Source: an uncultured Gemmatimonadales bacterium
Lineage (GTDB): Bacteria > Gemmatimonadota > Gemmatimonadetes > Longimicrobiales > RSA9
Assembly (NCBI GenBank): GCA_963783305.1
Contig: CAWAMW010000016.1
Coordinates: 448,001-512,000 of the forward strand
Direction: 5' to 3'
DNA length: 64,000 nt
The notes under the pieces are model-generated. The model saw only the letters and a program-made list of their open reading frames with translations. It was not told the origin of the DNA and searched no databases. This document shows positions 28,168-36,951 of the stretch, piece by piece. A program made the translations under genes and the position numbers. Each line of letters opens with the position of its first letter. The stretch's first letter is position 1.

Positions 28168-29090
28168 CGTGCCTCCTCGAGGATTCGAGCGATGAGCCCG
28201 TCATAGCCCCAGCCGGCGGCGTTGGCCATGCGGGCCAGGCCGGCGGAAGGGGCGAGGTCGGGATTGGGGTTCACCTCCAGGATCCAGGGCTGGCCGGCGT
28301 CATCGGTCCGCAGGTCCACCCGGCCGTAGCCGGTCCCTCCCACGGCGTCCCACGCCCGCAGTGCGAGATCCACCACCCGGTCTTGCAGGGTGGCGCTGAT
28401 ACGCGCCGGGCAGACGGGAAGGGTGTCGCGATCGGCGCTGGAGCCGGGAGCCCACTTGGCGGCGTAGGTCACCACCCGCTGTGTCCCTGCGAAGACGATC
28501 TCCGACACGGGCAGGACGGACTCGCCCACGATCCCGACGTTCAGCTCCCGCCCGCCCACGAACGACTGCACCAGTGCGGGAGTGGGGAAGCGGGAAATCG
28601 CCGCGCTGAGCTCCCACGGATCGTCGACGATCGAGCCATCGTGGATGCCCACGGAGCCGTCCTCGCCCAGCGGCTTCACGATGGCCGGGAACGCGCTCCA
28701 CCGGCTCGCGGTCTCCGGCCTCGCCACCATCCAGGGCGGGACCGGGAGGCCGGCGGTCTGCAGCAGGGCGTTCACCCGGTCCTTCCGTCGCGCCAGCGCG
28801 AGACAGTCGGAGCGCGCGCCGGTCATGGAGCGTCCCGCCAGCTCCTGGAGCGCGGCCACACGGGGCTCATCCTCCGCGCGTCCTTCGAGCCCCTCCACCA
28901 GATTGAACAGCAGGTCCACGGCCGTGAGGCGCGGCAGGAGCCGTTCGAGCGGGCGGCCCACGGGAATGGGGAAGGCTGCGTGGCCCATGCGCCCGAGCGC
29001 GGCGAGCACCGCATCCACAGACTCCAGCACGCCAGCGGTGTCCGGGTTTCCACCCCGCGCCCCGGCATCGTGTGTGACGGCAATTCTCAT
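28164..29090 (-). CDS. D-Ala-D-Ala-ligase-like ATP-grasp protein (2)
   Basis: FNLVEG, VKPLGEDGSVGI, GRELNV, YAAKW, RVDLR, EVNPNPD; ATGA overlaps at both ends. Confidence 0.85.
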   Translation of the reverse strand: MRIAVTHDAGARGGNPDTAGVLESVDAVLAALGRMGHAAFPIPVGRPLERLLPRLTAVDLLFNLVEGLEGRAEDEPRVAALQELAGRSMTGARSDCLALARRKDRVNALLQTAGLPVPPWMVARPETASRWSAFPAIVKPLGEDGSVGIHDGSIVDDPWELSAAISRFPTPALVQSFVGGRELNVGIVGESVLPVSEIVFAGTQRVVTYAAKWAPGSSADRDTLPVCPARISATLQDRVVDLALRAWDAVGGTGYGRVDLRTDDAGQPWILEVNPNPDLAPSAGLARMANAAGWGYDGLIARILEEAR

Positions 29091-30121
29091 CGCAGTCCGT
29101 ACCTCTCCAGACCCGACTCCAGAACGGCAACGATCATCGCCGGGTACTCGATCCCCGCGGCCCGAGCCGCCTTGGGGAAACACGAGTTCTGCTCGGGGTC
29201 CGGGAGCACCCCCGGCAGCGGGTTCAGCTCGATGACCCGGGGAACGCCCAGTTCGTCGAGGCGAAGGTCGACGCGCGACCAGTCACGACAGCCGAGGGCC
29301 CGGTGCGCCGCCAGGGCCGTGTCCGACACGGAGCGCTCCAGCGCCGGCTCGAGCTCCGCGGGGCACTGGAAGATGTGGAGCGGCTTCTCCGGTCGGTCCC
29401 AGATCCACTTGGCCTCGTAGCCGTAGATGGGCCGGGCCCCGGCGGGGAGCGCGTCGAAGCGGATCTCCACCAGGGGGAGCGCACGAGCGCGGTCGCCGGT
29501 GCCCAGGATGGCGCAGGTGAACTCGCGTCCCGGGAGGAACGCCTCGACCAGAGCCGGCTGCGCATACTCGTCCAGGACCTGGTCCACGCGGGCCAGGATC
29601 GCGTCTGGGCTCTCGCACAGCGCTGACTCGGGGATCCCCTTGCTCGAGCCCTCGAGCAGCGGCTTGACGATGGCGGGGACGGGAATGTGCAGGGCGAGCT
29701 GCCGGTCCTCCGCCCGCGCCACCACGACGCCCGCCGGGACCGGCACGCCGGCCGCGCGCAGGACTTCCTTGGTCCGGCGCTTGTCGAGGGCCAGCCCGAG
29801 GGTGAGCGGATCACTGCCGGTGTACGGGATTCCGAAGAATTCGCAGATCGCCGGGACGTGGGCTTCCCGGTTCGGGCCGTGCAGGCCCTCCGCGATGTTG
29901 AAGACAATGTCCGGACGGGCGGCCCGAAGGCGCTCGGGGAACGTCTCATCGGCCTCGAGCCGGATCACCTCCCCGGCACGGGCAAGCGCGGCTTCGACCG
30001 CCGCTATGGTAGAAGGATCGTCCCACTCGGCGAACTGGTCGTCGAGCGGACGCGGGGTACCGGGAGGCTCATCCTCAGCGTCCGGCTTCTCGTTGTAGGC
30101 GAACCCAATGCGCAGCGGCAT
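29087..30121 (-). CDS. D-Ala-D-Ala-ligase-like ATP-grasp protein (1)
   Basis: FNIAEG, PYTGSD, LDK, VKPLLEGSSKGI, GREFT, YEAKW, RVDLR, ELNPLPG. Confidence 0.88.
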   Translation of the reverse strand: MPLRIGFAYNEKPDAEDEPPGTPRPLDDQFAEWDDPSTIAAVEAALARAGEVIRLEADETFPERLRAARPDIVFNIAEGLHGPNREAHVPAICEFFGIPYTGSDPLTLGLALDKRRTKEVLRAAGVPVPAGVVVARAEDRQLALHIPVPAIVKPLLEGSSKGIPESALCESPDAILARVDQVLDEYAQPALVEAFLPGREFTCAILGTGDRARALPLVEIRFDALPAGARPIYGYEAKWIWDRPEKPLHIFQCPAELEPALERSVSDTALAAHRALGCRDWSRVDLRLDELGVPRVIELNPLPGVLPDPEQNSCFPKAARAAGIEYPAMIVAVLESGLERYGLR

Positions 30122-30141
30122 CTTCTGATCCGAACCCCATG

Positions 30142-30212
30142 AAAAAAGCGCCCCTCGCAAGGGACGCGGTCGTTAGCCGATCCTTCCTATGGCCGGGGCG
30201 TTGGCCCCGTTG
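30142..30212 (-). promoter_or_regulatory. Structured 5' leader with intrinsic terminator (candidate attenuator/riboswitch)
   Basis: Minus strand: CGGGGC-CAAC-GCCCCG; GCC-ATAGGAAGGATC-GGC; TAACGACC; GCGTCCCT-TGCG-AGGGGCGC-TTTTTT ending about 20 nt before the start codon. Confidence 0.65.
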
Positions 30213-30360
30213 AGTTGAATGATAATGCGGCGACGGAAAAAAGAAAGACCTTTGCGCCCGCCGCGCCGCTCGGACCGTCTGACGGTCCGGCATTTGCCAT
30301 GGTATGGGAGCACGGGTAGCTTCGAACTTTTACAGTCCAGGGGAGCCGTAGACCGCCGTC

Positions 30361-31512
30361 ATGCGCGACGAGTATACCATCGGCGTCGAGGAGGAGTACC
30401 AGCTCATTGACGCCGACACGGCGGCGCTACGCAGCCGCGCCAGCGATGTGCTCGCTACCGACTGGAGTGATGAGATCCGGGCCGAGCTGCACGAGAACAC
30501 CGTGGAGATCGGGACGCCGGTCTGCCGGGGCTGGTCCGAAGTGCGTGACCAGCTGGGGCGGCAGCGATTTCAGACCGCTACGGCGGCAGCGGCCGAGGGT
30601 CTGGAGATCGCCGCGGCGGGGCTCCACCCGTTCAGTCGGTGGGAAGGCCACGCGATCCACGCGAAAGAGCGGTACGCGGCCATCGCCGAGCGCCACGACC
30701 GGATCGCCCGGCAGGTCCAGATTTTCGGTATGCACATCCACGTGGGGATCCCGGCGCGTGTAGACCGGCTGTCGCTCATGGGCGTCGTGAAGGCGTTCTG
30801 CCCCCACCTGCTGGCGCTGTCGGCCAGCTCGCCGTTCCTGGAGGGCGAGGATACCGGCTTTGCGTCCTACCGCTCCGTGCTCTGGCGTCAGTTCCCCTTC
30901 ATGGGCGTCCCACCGCACTTCGAGGATGAGGCCGAGTACGAGCGCTACCTCGAGCTGCTCCTCGAGAGCGGGGCGCTGGCCGACCGCGGGAGCCTGTACT
31001 GGAGCATCCGGCCGCACGCCACGTATCCCACGATCGAGTTCCGGTCGCCCGACGTGTGCCCCGCGGCGGATGACGCCGCTACGCTCGCGGAGCTGGTCCG
31101 GATGGTGGTGGTGGGCGTGGCGGAGTTCGGCCTGACGATCCCGGGCGGGGAGCGAGGCGGGCTGTCGCACGAGACCTGGAACGAGGTGCTGCGGGAGAAC
31201 GAATGGCTGGCGGGGCGGTACGGGCTGGACGCCAAGCTCGTCGCGCCGGTGGAGCAGGGACACAAGCTCGGTGTGCGAACGGCGATACGTTCGCTCCTGG
31301 ACCGGCTTTCTCCGGTCGCCGAGGCCCTGGATGTGGTGGACACCCTGGGTCGTGTGGAGGAGCTGTTGGAGCGCGGGAACGGCGCGGACCGGATGCGCCG
31401 GGTCTACGGTGAGCACGAGTCCTACCAGGCGGTCGTGGAGTGGTTGGTGCGTGAGACGCGGCTGGGCACGGGAACGGACCGGCGTCGGAAGCAGCGGGCC
31501 AACGGCGGGTGA
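30361..31512 (+). CDS. ybdK: YbdK-family carboxylate-amine ligase (GCS2)
   Basis: TIGVEEEYQL, VEIGTPVC, GMHIHVG, LALSASSPF, SYR, YWSIRP, TIEFRSPD. Confidence 0.9.
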   Translation: MRDEYTIGVEEEYQLIDADTAALRSRASDVLATDWSDEIRAELHENTVEIGTPVCRGWSEVRDQLGRQRFQTATAAAAEGLEIAAAGLHPFSRWEGHAIHAKERYAAIAERHDRIARQVQIFGMHIHVGIPARVDRLSLMGVVKAFCPHLLALSASSPFLEGEDTGFASYRSVLWRQFPFMGVPPHFEDEAEYERYLELLLESGALADRGSLYWSIRPHATYPTIEFRSPDVCPAADDAATLAELVRMVVVGVAEFGLTIPGGERGGLSHETWNEVLRENEWLAGRYGLDAKLVAPVEQGHKLGVRTAIRSLLDRLSPVAEALDVVDTLGRVEELLERGNGADRMRRVYGEHESYQAVVEWLVRETRLGTGTDRRRKQRANGG

Positions 31513-31567
31513 AGGACATCACCGTGGGCGAGGAGGGGCGGATCAGGCTGTCCCCCCTGTCCGGGGG

Positions 31568-32665
31568 GTGACGACCGAGATCAGGCTGGGCCGCGGACTC
31601 TTCGAGCGCCTGCCTGCGCTGTTGGCGGAGCACGCGCCGGCGTCCGCGTTCGCGGTTGTATCCGACGCGAACGTGGCGGCGCTCTACGGTGGTCGGCTGC
31701 GCGACGCCCTTAGGACCTCGGGCGCCGCGGCGGAGCTCTACACGTTCCCGGCCGGCGAGACGAGCAAGTCGCCGGAGCGGTGGGCGGAGCTGGTGGAGGC
31801 ACTGGCCGCGGCGGGGTTCGGTCGCGACGGCTGCGTCGTGGCGCTGGGCGGCGGGGTGACCGGGGACCTGGCCGGCTTCGTCGCCGCCACGTACGCACGG
31901 GGCGTCGCGCTGGTGCAGGTCCCTACCTCGCTGCTGGCGATGATCGACGCCTCCATCGGCGGGAAGACGGGGCTCGACCTTCGCGCCGGGAAGAACCTGG
32001 CGGGCGCGTTCCACGACCCGGCGCTGGTGGTGGTGGACCCGGAGCTGCTCGGCACGCTGCCGCTGCACGAGCTGCGGGCGGGGATGGCGGAGGCGGTGAA
32101 GCACGGTGCCATCGCCGACGCCGGGTACCTCGAGACCCTGGCCGCGAGCGCCCCGGGGATCCTGGACCGCGATCCGGACGCGCTGGGTCGGGTCGTGAGC
32201 GGGTCGATCCGTATCAAGGTGGGGGTGGTGGAGCGGGACGCACGGGAATCGGGCGAGCGGGCGATCCTGAATTTCGGTCATACGATCGCCCACGGGATCG
32301 AGCGCGCGTCGGGGTACGCGGTGAGGCATGGGGACGCCGTCGCCATGGGGATGGTGGCGGAGTGCAGGGTGGGCGATCGGCTCGGCGTGACCCGTCCGGG
32401 GACCGAAGCGGCATTACGCGCGGTCCTCGAGGCGTTCGGTCTCCCGGTCTCGCTGCCGCCCCGGCTCGACCCCGCGGCCGTGCTGGAGGGCGCCCGCTCC
32501 GACAAGAAGGCGCGGGACGGCCGCGTGCGGTACGCGCTGATCGAGGCGGTAGGGCACCCGGCCCGCGCCGACGACGGCAGCTGGACCCGAGCGGTCCCCA
32601 ACGCGGTCGCCGAGGCCGCGCTCCACGACATGGAACGGGACACCGGAGGCCGGAGCGAGGTTTGA
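31568..32665 (+). CDS. aroB: 3-dehydroquinate synthase
   Basis: GETSKS, ALGGGVTGDLAGF, PTSLLAMIDASIGGKTG, LNFGHTIAHGIE, HGDAV; the true start may be GTG 31509 across a frameshift. Confidence 0.93.
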   Translation: MTTEIRLGRGLFERLPALLAEHAPASAFAVVSDANVAALYGGRLRDALRTSGAAAELYTFPAGETSKSPERWAELVEALAAAGFGRDGCVVALGGGVTGDLAGFVAATYARGVALVQVPTSLLAMIDASIGGKTGLDLRAGKNLAGAFHDPALVVVDPELLGTLPLHELRAGMAEAVKHGAIADAGYLETLAASAPGILDRDPDALGRVVSGSIRIKVGVVERDARESGERAILNFGHTIAHGIERASGYAVRHGDAVAMGMVAECRVGDRLGVTRPGTEAALRAVLEAFGLPVSLPPRLDPAAVLEGARSDKKARDGRVRYALIEAVGHPARADDGSWTRAVPNAVAEAALHDMERDTGGRSEV

Positions 32666-32759
32666 CGGTCCTCCGCGCCGCCCGTATCTTTTCGTCGGTT
32701 TTTGCTGGGAGAGCCCGTTCCCAGGGGAACGGGTTTGGCTTACCCCGGACGGAGGCGTG

Positions 32760-34358
32760 ATGGCGCTCGCCGAGCGCGTTAGAGGGAAAACGGTTGCCCA
32801 GGCACTGGATGCGCGGGTGGCGGAGGATGCGGACCGCCTCTTCCTCATCTCGGGAGATCAGCGCCTGACGTACGGTCAGGTCAATCATCGTGCGACCGCT
32901 CTCGCGGCCTCTCTGCGGGAGCTGGGGATCGAAGCGGGAGATCGGATCGCCCTCGACCTCCCGAACTGGCCGGAGTTCGTCATCTCGCTGTTCGCCGCGG
33001 CCCGCCTGGGCGCGGTCATTGTTCCGCTCAATCCGCGCTACACGGTGCCGGAGCTCCAGTACATGCTCCGCCACAGCGAGGCGGCGGCGGTGGTCTCCGC
33101 CGAGGAGTTCGGCGGCGTGGACTATCTGGAGCTGTTCGAGACGTTTCTTACGTCTCTACCGGAGCTCCAGTACCTGCTGACGGTGGGGGAGGCGGATCTC
33201 TGGTACGACGATCGGATCTACCAGTTCGAGGACCTGGTCTCCAGCGGCGAGAGCCGCACGCTGGAGCCGGCGGAAGTGGCGCCGGACGATACGTTCGCCA
33301 TTCTCTACACGTCCGGGACCACGGGGAAGCCGAAGGGCGTGGCGCTCACCCACGCCAGCATGCTGGAGACCGCCGCGGCCACGGTGGACGCGGTGGGGTT
33401 GAGCCGGGATGACGTGGTGTTCGGCGTGACCACCGTCTTCCACGTGTTCGGCCTCGGCCCCGGAATCCTGGGAACGCTCGTGGCCGGTGCCACGCTGGTG
33501 CTACAGGAGCAGTTCGAGCCGGCCTCCGCACTGTCGCTCATCCAGGAGCATCGGGCGACCGTCCATTACGGGGTCCCGACGGTCTTCATCACGGAGCTCC
33601 GGGAGCTCGAGGAGCAGGACTACGACCTGTCGTCGCTGCGCGCCGGAATCGTGGCGGGGGCACCCGTGGGCGATGACCTGGTCCGGAGGATCCGGAGCGA
33701 GCTGTGCCCGAACCTCTGCGTGGCGTATTCGCTGACGGAAACGGCGTCCGCGGTGGCGATCACCCGCCCCGATGACCCGGAAGAGAAGCAGGTCTTCACG
33801 GTGGGTCGGCCGCTGGCCGGGACGGATTTGAGGATCGTGGATTTCGACGGCAGCATCCTGCCGGAGGAAAGTCTGGGGGAGATCGGGGTACGAGGACCCG
33901 GTGTGATGAAAGGCTACTATCGGCAGCCTGGGGAGACGTCCCACGCATTCGACGAGGACGACTATTTCCAGACCGGCGATCTGGGCATGCTTGACGAGGA
34001 GGGCTACCTTCACATCGTCGGTCGGCGCAAGGAGCTGATCATCCGCGGGGGCTTCAACGTCTATCCCCGTGAAGTGGAGGACCGACTGCACGCTCACCCG
34101 GCCGTGATGGACGTGGCCGTGGTGGGGCTGCCGCACGAGGTCCTCGGAGAAGTGGCATGCGCGTGCATCGTGCCTGTCGAAGGCGCGATCATCACCGGTG
34201 AAGAAATCAAGGAATGGTGCCGGGGCGCGCTGGCGGACTTCAAGGTCCCTGACCTGGTCCGCTTCTTCGATACGTTCCCGATGACGGGGAGCGGGAAGGT
34301 GCGGCGGGTGGAGCTGGCGAGGATGTTGAGCGCCGAGGAATCCAGCCGCAGGCCGTAG
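32760..34358 (+). CDS. Class I adenylate-forming enzyme (acyl-CoA synthetase)
   Basis: YTSGTTGKPKG, YSLTET, TGDLG, GRRKELIIRGG, SGKVRR. Confidence 0.92.
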   Translation: MALAERVRGKTVAQALDARVAEDADRLFLISGDQRLTYGQVNHRATALAASLRELGIEAGDRIALDLPNWPEFVISLFAAARLGAVIVPLNPRYTVPELQYMLRHSEAAAVVSAEEFGGVDYLELFETFLTSLPELQYLLTVGEADLWYDDRIYQFEDLVSSGESRTLEPAEVAPDDTFAILYTSGTTGKPKGVALTHASMLETAAATVDAVGLSRDDVVFGVTTVFHVFGLGPGILGTLVAGATLVLQEQFEPASALSLIQEHRATVHYGVPTVFITELRELEEQDYDLSSLRAGIVAGAPVGDDLVRRIRSELCPNLCVAYSLTETASAVAITRPDDPEEKQVFTVGRPLAGTDLRIVDFDGSILPEESLGEIGVRGPGVMKGYYRQPGETSHAFDEDDYFQTGDLGMLDEEGYLHIVGRRKELIIRGGFNVYPREVEDRLHAHPAVMDVAVVGLPHEVLGEVACACIVPVEGAIITGEEIKEWCRGALADFKVPDLVRFFDTFPMTGSGKVRRVELARMLSAEESSRRP

Positions 34359-34637
34359 TCGGAATCGGTACCCCGGAGCGAGTCGCGGACGCCGCGTCTC
34401 ACCCGGACCCGATGTGGCTACGGAGCAGCAGCAGGGCCGGACGGGAGGAACCCGCCGGACGACACAGTGAAGCGCGGCAGAGCGCCGCGCGGGTCCCGAG
34501 ACTCCTCGTGGGCCGGTACGCAGGAGACGCAGGTCGGCTTTCGCGCGACATCCGCCCGAAACCCGAGCCCGGAACCTGTTCCCCGGTAGCGAGAGGCCTC
34601 GCGACATTACAGCAAACAGAAGGACAACGCGAGGAAC

Positions 34638-36854
34638 ATGCAGAACTTTGTTAATGCTCCGCACCGGGGCGAAACTCGAGGCGCTGCTACAGGCGCGCCC
34701 AATGCAGCACTGCTCATCGATTTCGATAACGTGACGATGGGTATCCGCAGTGATCTCACCCGCCAGATGAAGGACCTCCTCTCCAGCGACATCATCCGCG
34801 GCAAGGTGGCCGTTCAGCGGGCGTACGCCGACTGGCGGCGCTATGCGCAGTACATCGTCCCGCTCAGCGAAGCGTCCGTCGATCTGATCTTCGCCCCTGC
34901 TTATGGCAGCTCGAAGAAGAACGCGACGGACATCCGGCTGGCGATCGACGCGCTGGAGCTGGTTTTCACCCGGCCCGAGATCGGGACGTTCATCCTGCTC
35001 TCCGGCGACTCCGACTTCAGCAGCCTGGTCCTGAAGCTGAAGGAGTACGGGAAGTACGTGATCGGCGTGGGCCTTCGGGAGTCCGCTTCGGACCTGCTGG
35101 TGCAGAACTGCGACGAGTACTTCAGCTATTCGTCGCTGACGGGTCTGACGAAGGCGGGCGAGGAGGAGACCGTCGGCGCCATGGACCCGTGGGAGCTGGT
35201 GGAGCGTTCGGTGAACCAGATGGCCGACGACAATGACGTAATGCGGTCGGACCGGCTGAAGCAGGTGATGCTGGACCTGGACCCGAACTTCGACGAGGCC
35301 GAGATCGGCTACAGCAAGTTCAACAAGTTCCTGACGGAGGCCGCGTCGCGGAACCGGCTGGCGTTGCGCAAGCTCGGCAATGGTCAGTACGAGGTGCAGC
35401 CGTTGACGGAGGGCGGGGCAGCGGCCCGGGAGGAGCCGAAGAGCCGCGGCCGGCGCGAGGAAGCGCGAGGCCGGGGCCGGAAGCGACCGGAGCCGCCGAA
35501 GGAAATGGCGGCCGAGTCGCCGCGGGAGCAGGTCCGGGAGCAGACCCGTGAGCGGGCCCGCGCGGCGGAGAAGCCGAAGCCGGAGCCGAAGACGCGGGAG
35601 CGCCGAGCCGAGGACGTGGAGCACGGCTACGACCTGCTCAAGCAGGCGATCCGCGACCTGATCGAAGAATCGGGCGGTGCGGCGCGCGACTCGGACATCA
35701 AGCGGAAGATGCTGGAGCTCGAGACGGGCTGGGACGAGTCGGAGCTGGGCTTCACGAAGTTCAGCCGCTTCCTCCGCCAGGCGCATGACGCGGAGGTCAT
35801 CGACCTCCAGCGCACGAGCGAAGGATACTACGAGGCGCGTCTGCCCTCAGGCGCGGGCGGCTCGGTTTCCAAGCGTGAGTCGGGTGGCCGTGGCCGCGGC
35901 GAGCGGGGCCGAAGCGAGACGCGTCCGTCCGCCCAGCCGCGCACGGACGAGGCTACCGCGCGGAGGCCGGAGCGTCGGGAGGAGGAGCCGAAGGCCGAGG
36001 TCAAGCGGGAGGAGCCGAAGCCGGAGCCGCGACGGGAGCAGGCAAAGGCCGAGACCCGGCCGGAGTCGAAGCCGGAGCCCGAGCCGGAGTCGCGGTCGGA
36101 GCAGCCGAAGTCTGAGTCGAAGCCGGAGTCGCGGCCGGAGCAGCCGAAGTCGGAATCGCGGCCGGAGTCACGGCCGGAGCAGCCTAAGTCCGAGGCGAAG
36201 CCGGAGCAGCCGAAGGCGGAGCAGCCCAAGGCAGCGCCGAAGGCGGAGGCGACGCCGCGCTATGGCCGTCGCGACCGCCGAGGCAAGGTGAGCGATGGTC
36301 CGCCGCCGCTGCTTCCGGGTCAGGCGGTGGGCGGGACGACGGGTGGCGGGAACGCGGAGGCCTCCGCGGCGGAGACGACGCGGGTAGAGCCGTCGAAGCC
36401 GATGGAGAAGCCGGCGCAGAAGGAGAAGCCGGCGCAGGAGACCGCGGCGAAGGAGACCGCGGCAATGGGGGATGCGGAGCCGGCGGTGAGCGGTCCCGGG
36501 GCGCGCGTCGAGACGGCGCCCGCAGCGGGCGGCCCGGCGGAAGCCGAGAAGGCGCCGCGTGAGGCGCCCGGCGCGCCAGCGTTCGATCCGGAGGAGATCG
36601 GGCTGCCGACGGAGGCGGGCGCCGTGATCCGGTACCTGTCGAACAGCTACCAGGGGGTGGGCCAGAAGACGGCGGAGGCGCTGATCGAGGCCTTCGGCGC
36701 GGATCGTGTATTCAACGGTCTGAACAGCCAGCCGGAGACGGTGCGTGAAGTGCTGGGCAGTGGCAGGCGGACCGATATCCTGCTCGAGGCGTGGGAGCGG
36801 GATCACCGCCGTCGCACCACGGCCGGAGCGGCGGACAAGCAGCCCGCCAGCTGA
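34638..36854 (+). CDS. NYN (LabA/DUF88) domain protein with two LOTUS/OST-HTH domains, a low-complexity linker and a C-terminal HhH-like domain
   Basis: LLIDFDN, KNATDIRLAID, LSGDSDF; FDEAEIGYSKFNKFL and WDESELGFTKFSRFL; YQGVGQKTAEALIEAFG. Confidence 0.85.
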   Translation: MQNFVNAPHRGETRGAATGAPNAALLIDFDNVTMGIRSDLTRQMKDLLSSDIIRGKVAVQRAYADWRRYAQYIVPLSEASVDLIFAPAYGSSKKNATDIRLAIDALELVFTRPEIGTFILLSGDSDFSSLVLKLKEYGKYVIGVGLRESASDLLVQNCDEYFSYSSLTGLTKAGEEETVGAMDPWELVERSVNQMADDNDVMRSDRLKQVMLDLDPNFDEAEIGYSKFNKFLTEAASRNRLALRKLGNGQYEVQPLTEGGAAAREEPKSRGRREEARGRGRKRPEPPKEMAAESPREQVREQTRERARAAEKPKPEPKTRERRAEDVEHGYDLLKQAIRDLIEESGGAARDSDIKRKMLELETGWDESELGFTKFSRFLRQAHDAEVIDLQRTSEGYYEARLPSGAGGSVSKRESGGRGRGERGRSETRPSAQPRTDEATARRPERREEEPKAEVKREEPKPEPRREQAKAETRPESKPEPEPESRSEQPKSESKPESRPEQPKSESRPESRPEQPKSEAKPEQPKAEQPKAAPKAEATPRYGRRDRRGKVSDGPPPLLPGQAVGGTTGGGNAEASAAETTRVEPSKPMEKPAQKEKPAQETAAKETAAMGDAEPAVSGPGARVETAPAAGGPAEAEKAPREAPGAPAFDPEEIGLPTEAGAVIRYLSNSYQGVGQKTAEALIEAFGADRVFNGLNSQPETVREVLGSGRRTDILLEAWERDHRRRTTAGAADKQPAS
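36050..36235 (+). repeat. Degenerate in-frame repeats (PESRPEQPKSE-like) in the NYN protein linker
   Basis: Recurrent GCCGGAGTCG and GGAGCAGCCGAAG units. Confidence 0.75.
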
Positions 36855-36893
36855 AGGATGGCGGTGCCGGCGGATGCCGGCGGGGCAGAACAC

Positions 36894-36931
36894 GCGCCGG
36901 GGCGCTCCGAGAGGGGCGCCCCGGCGTCTTC
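36894..36931 (+). terminator. GC-rich hairpin after the NYN gene
   Basis: GCCGGGGCGCTCC-GAGA-GGGGCGCCCCGGC followed by GTCTT (weak U tract). Confidence 0.55.
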
Positions 36932-36951
36932 ATGCGGTGGAGGGAGATGGA

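Noticed and set aside
28164..30121. Housekeeping ddl or van-type resistance ligases
   Set aside because: They lack the N-terminal GGxSxE motif, and no mur/fts or vanHX genes are adjacent
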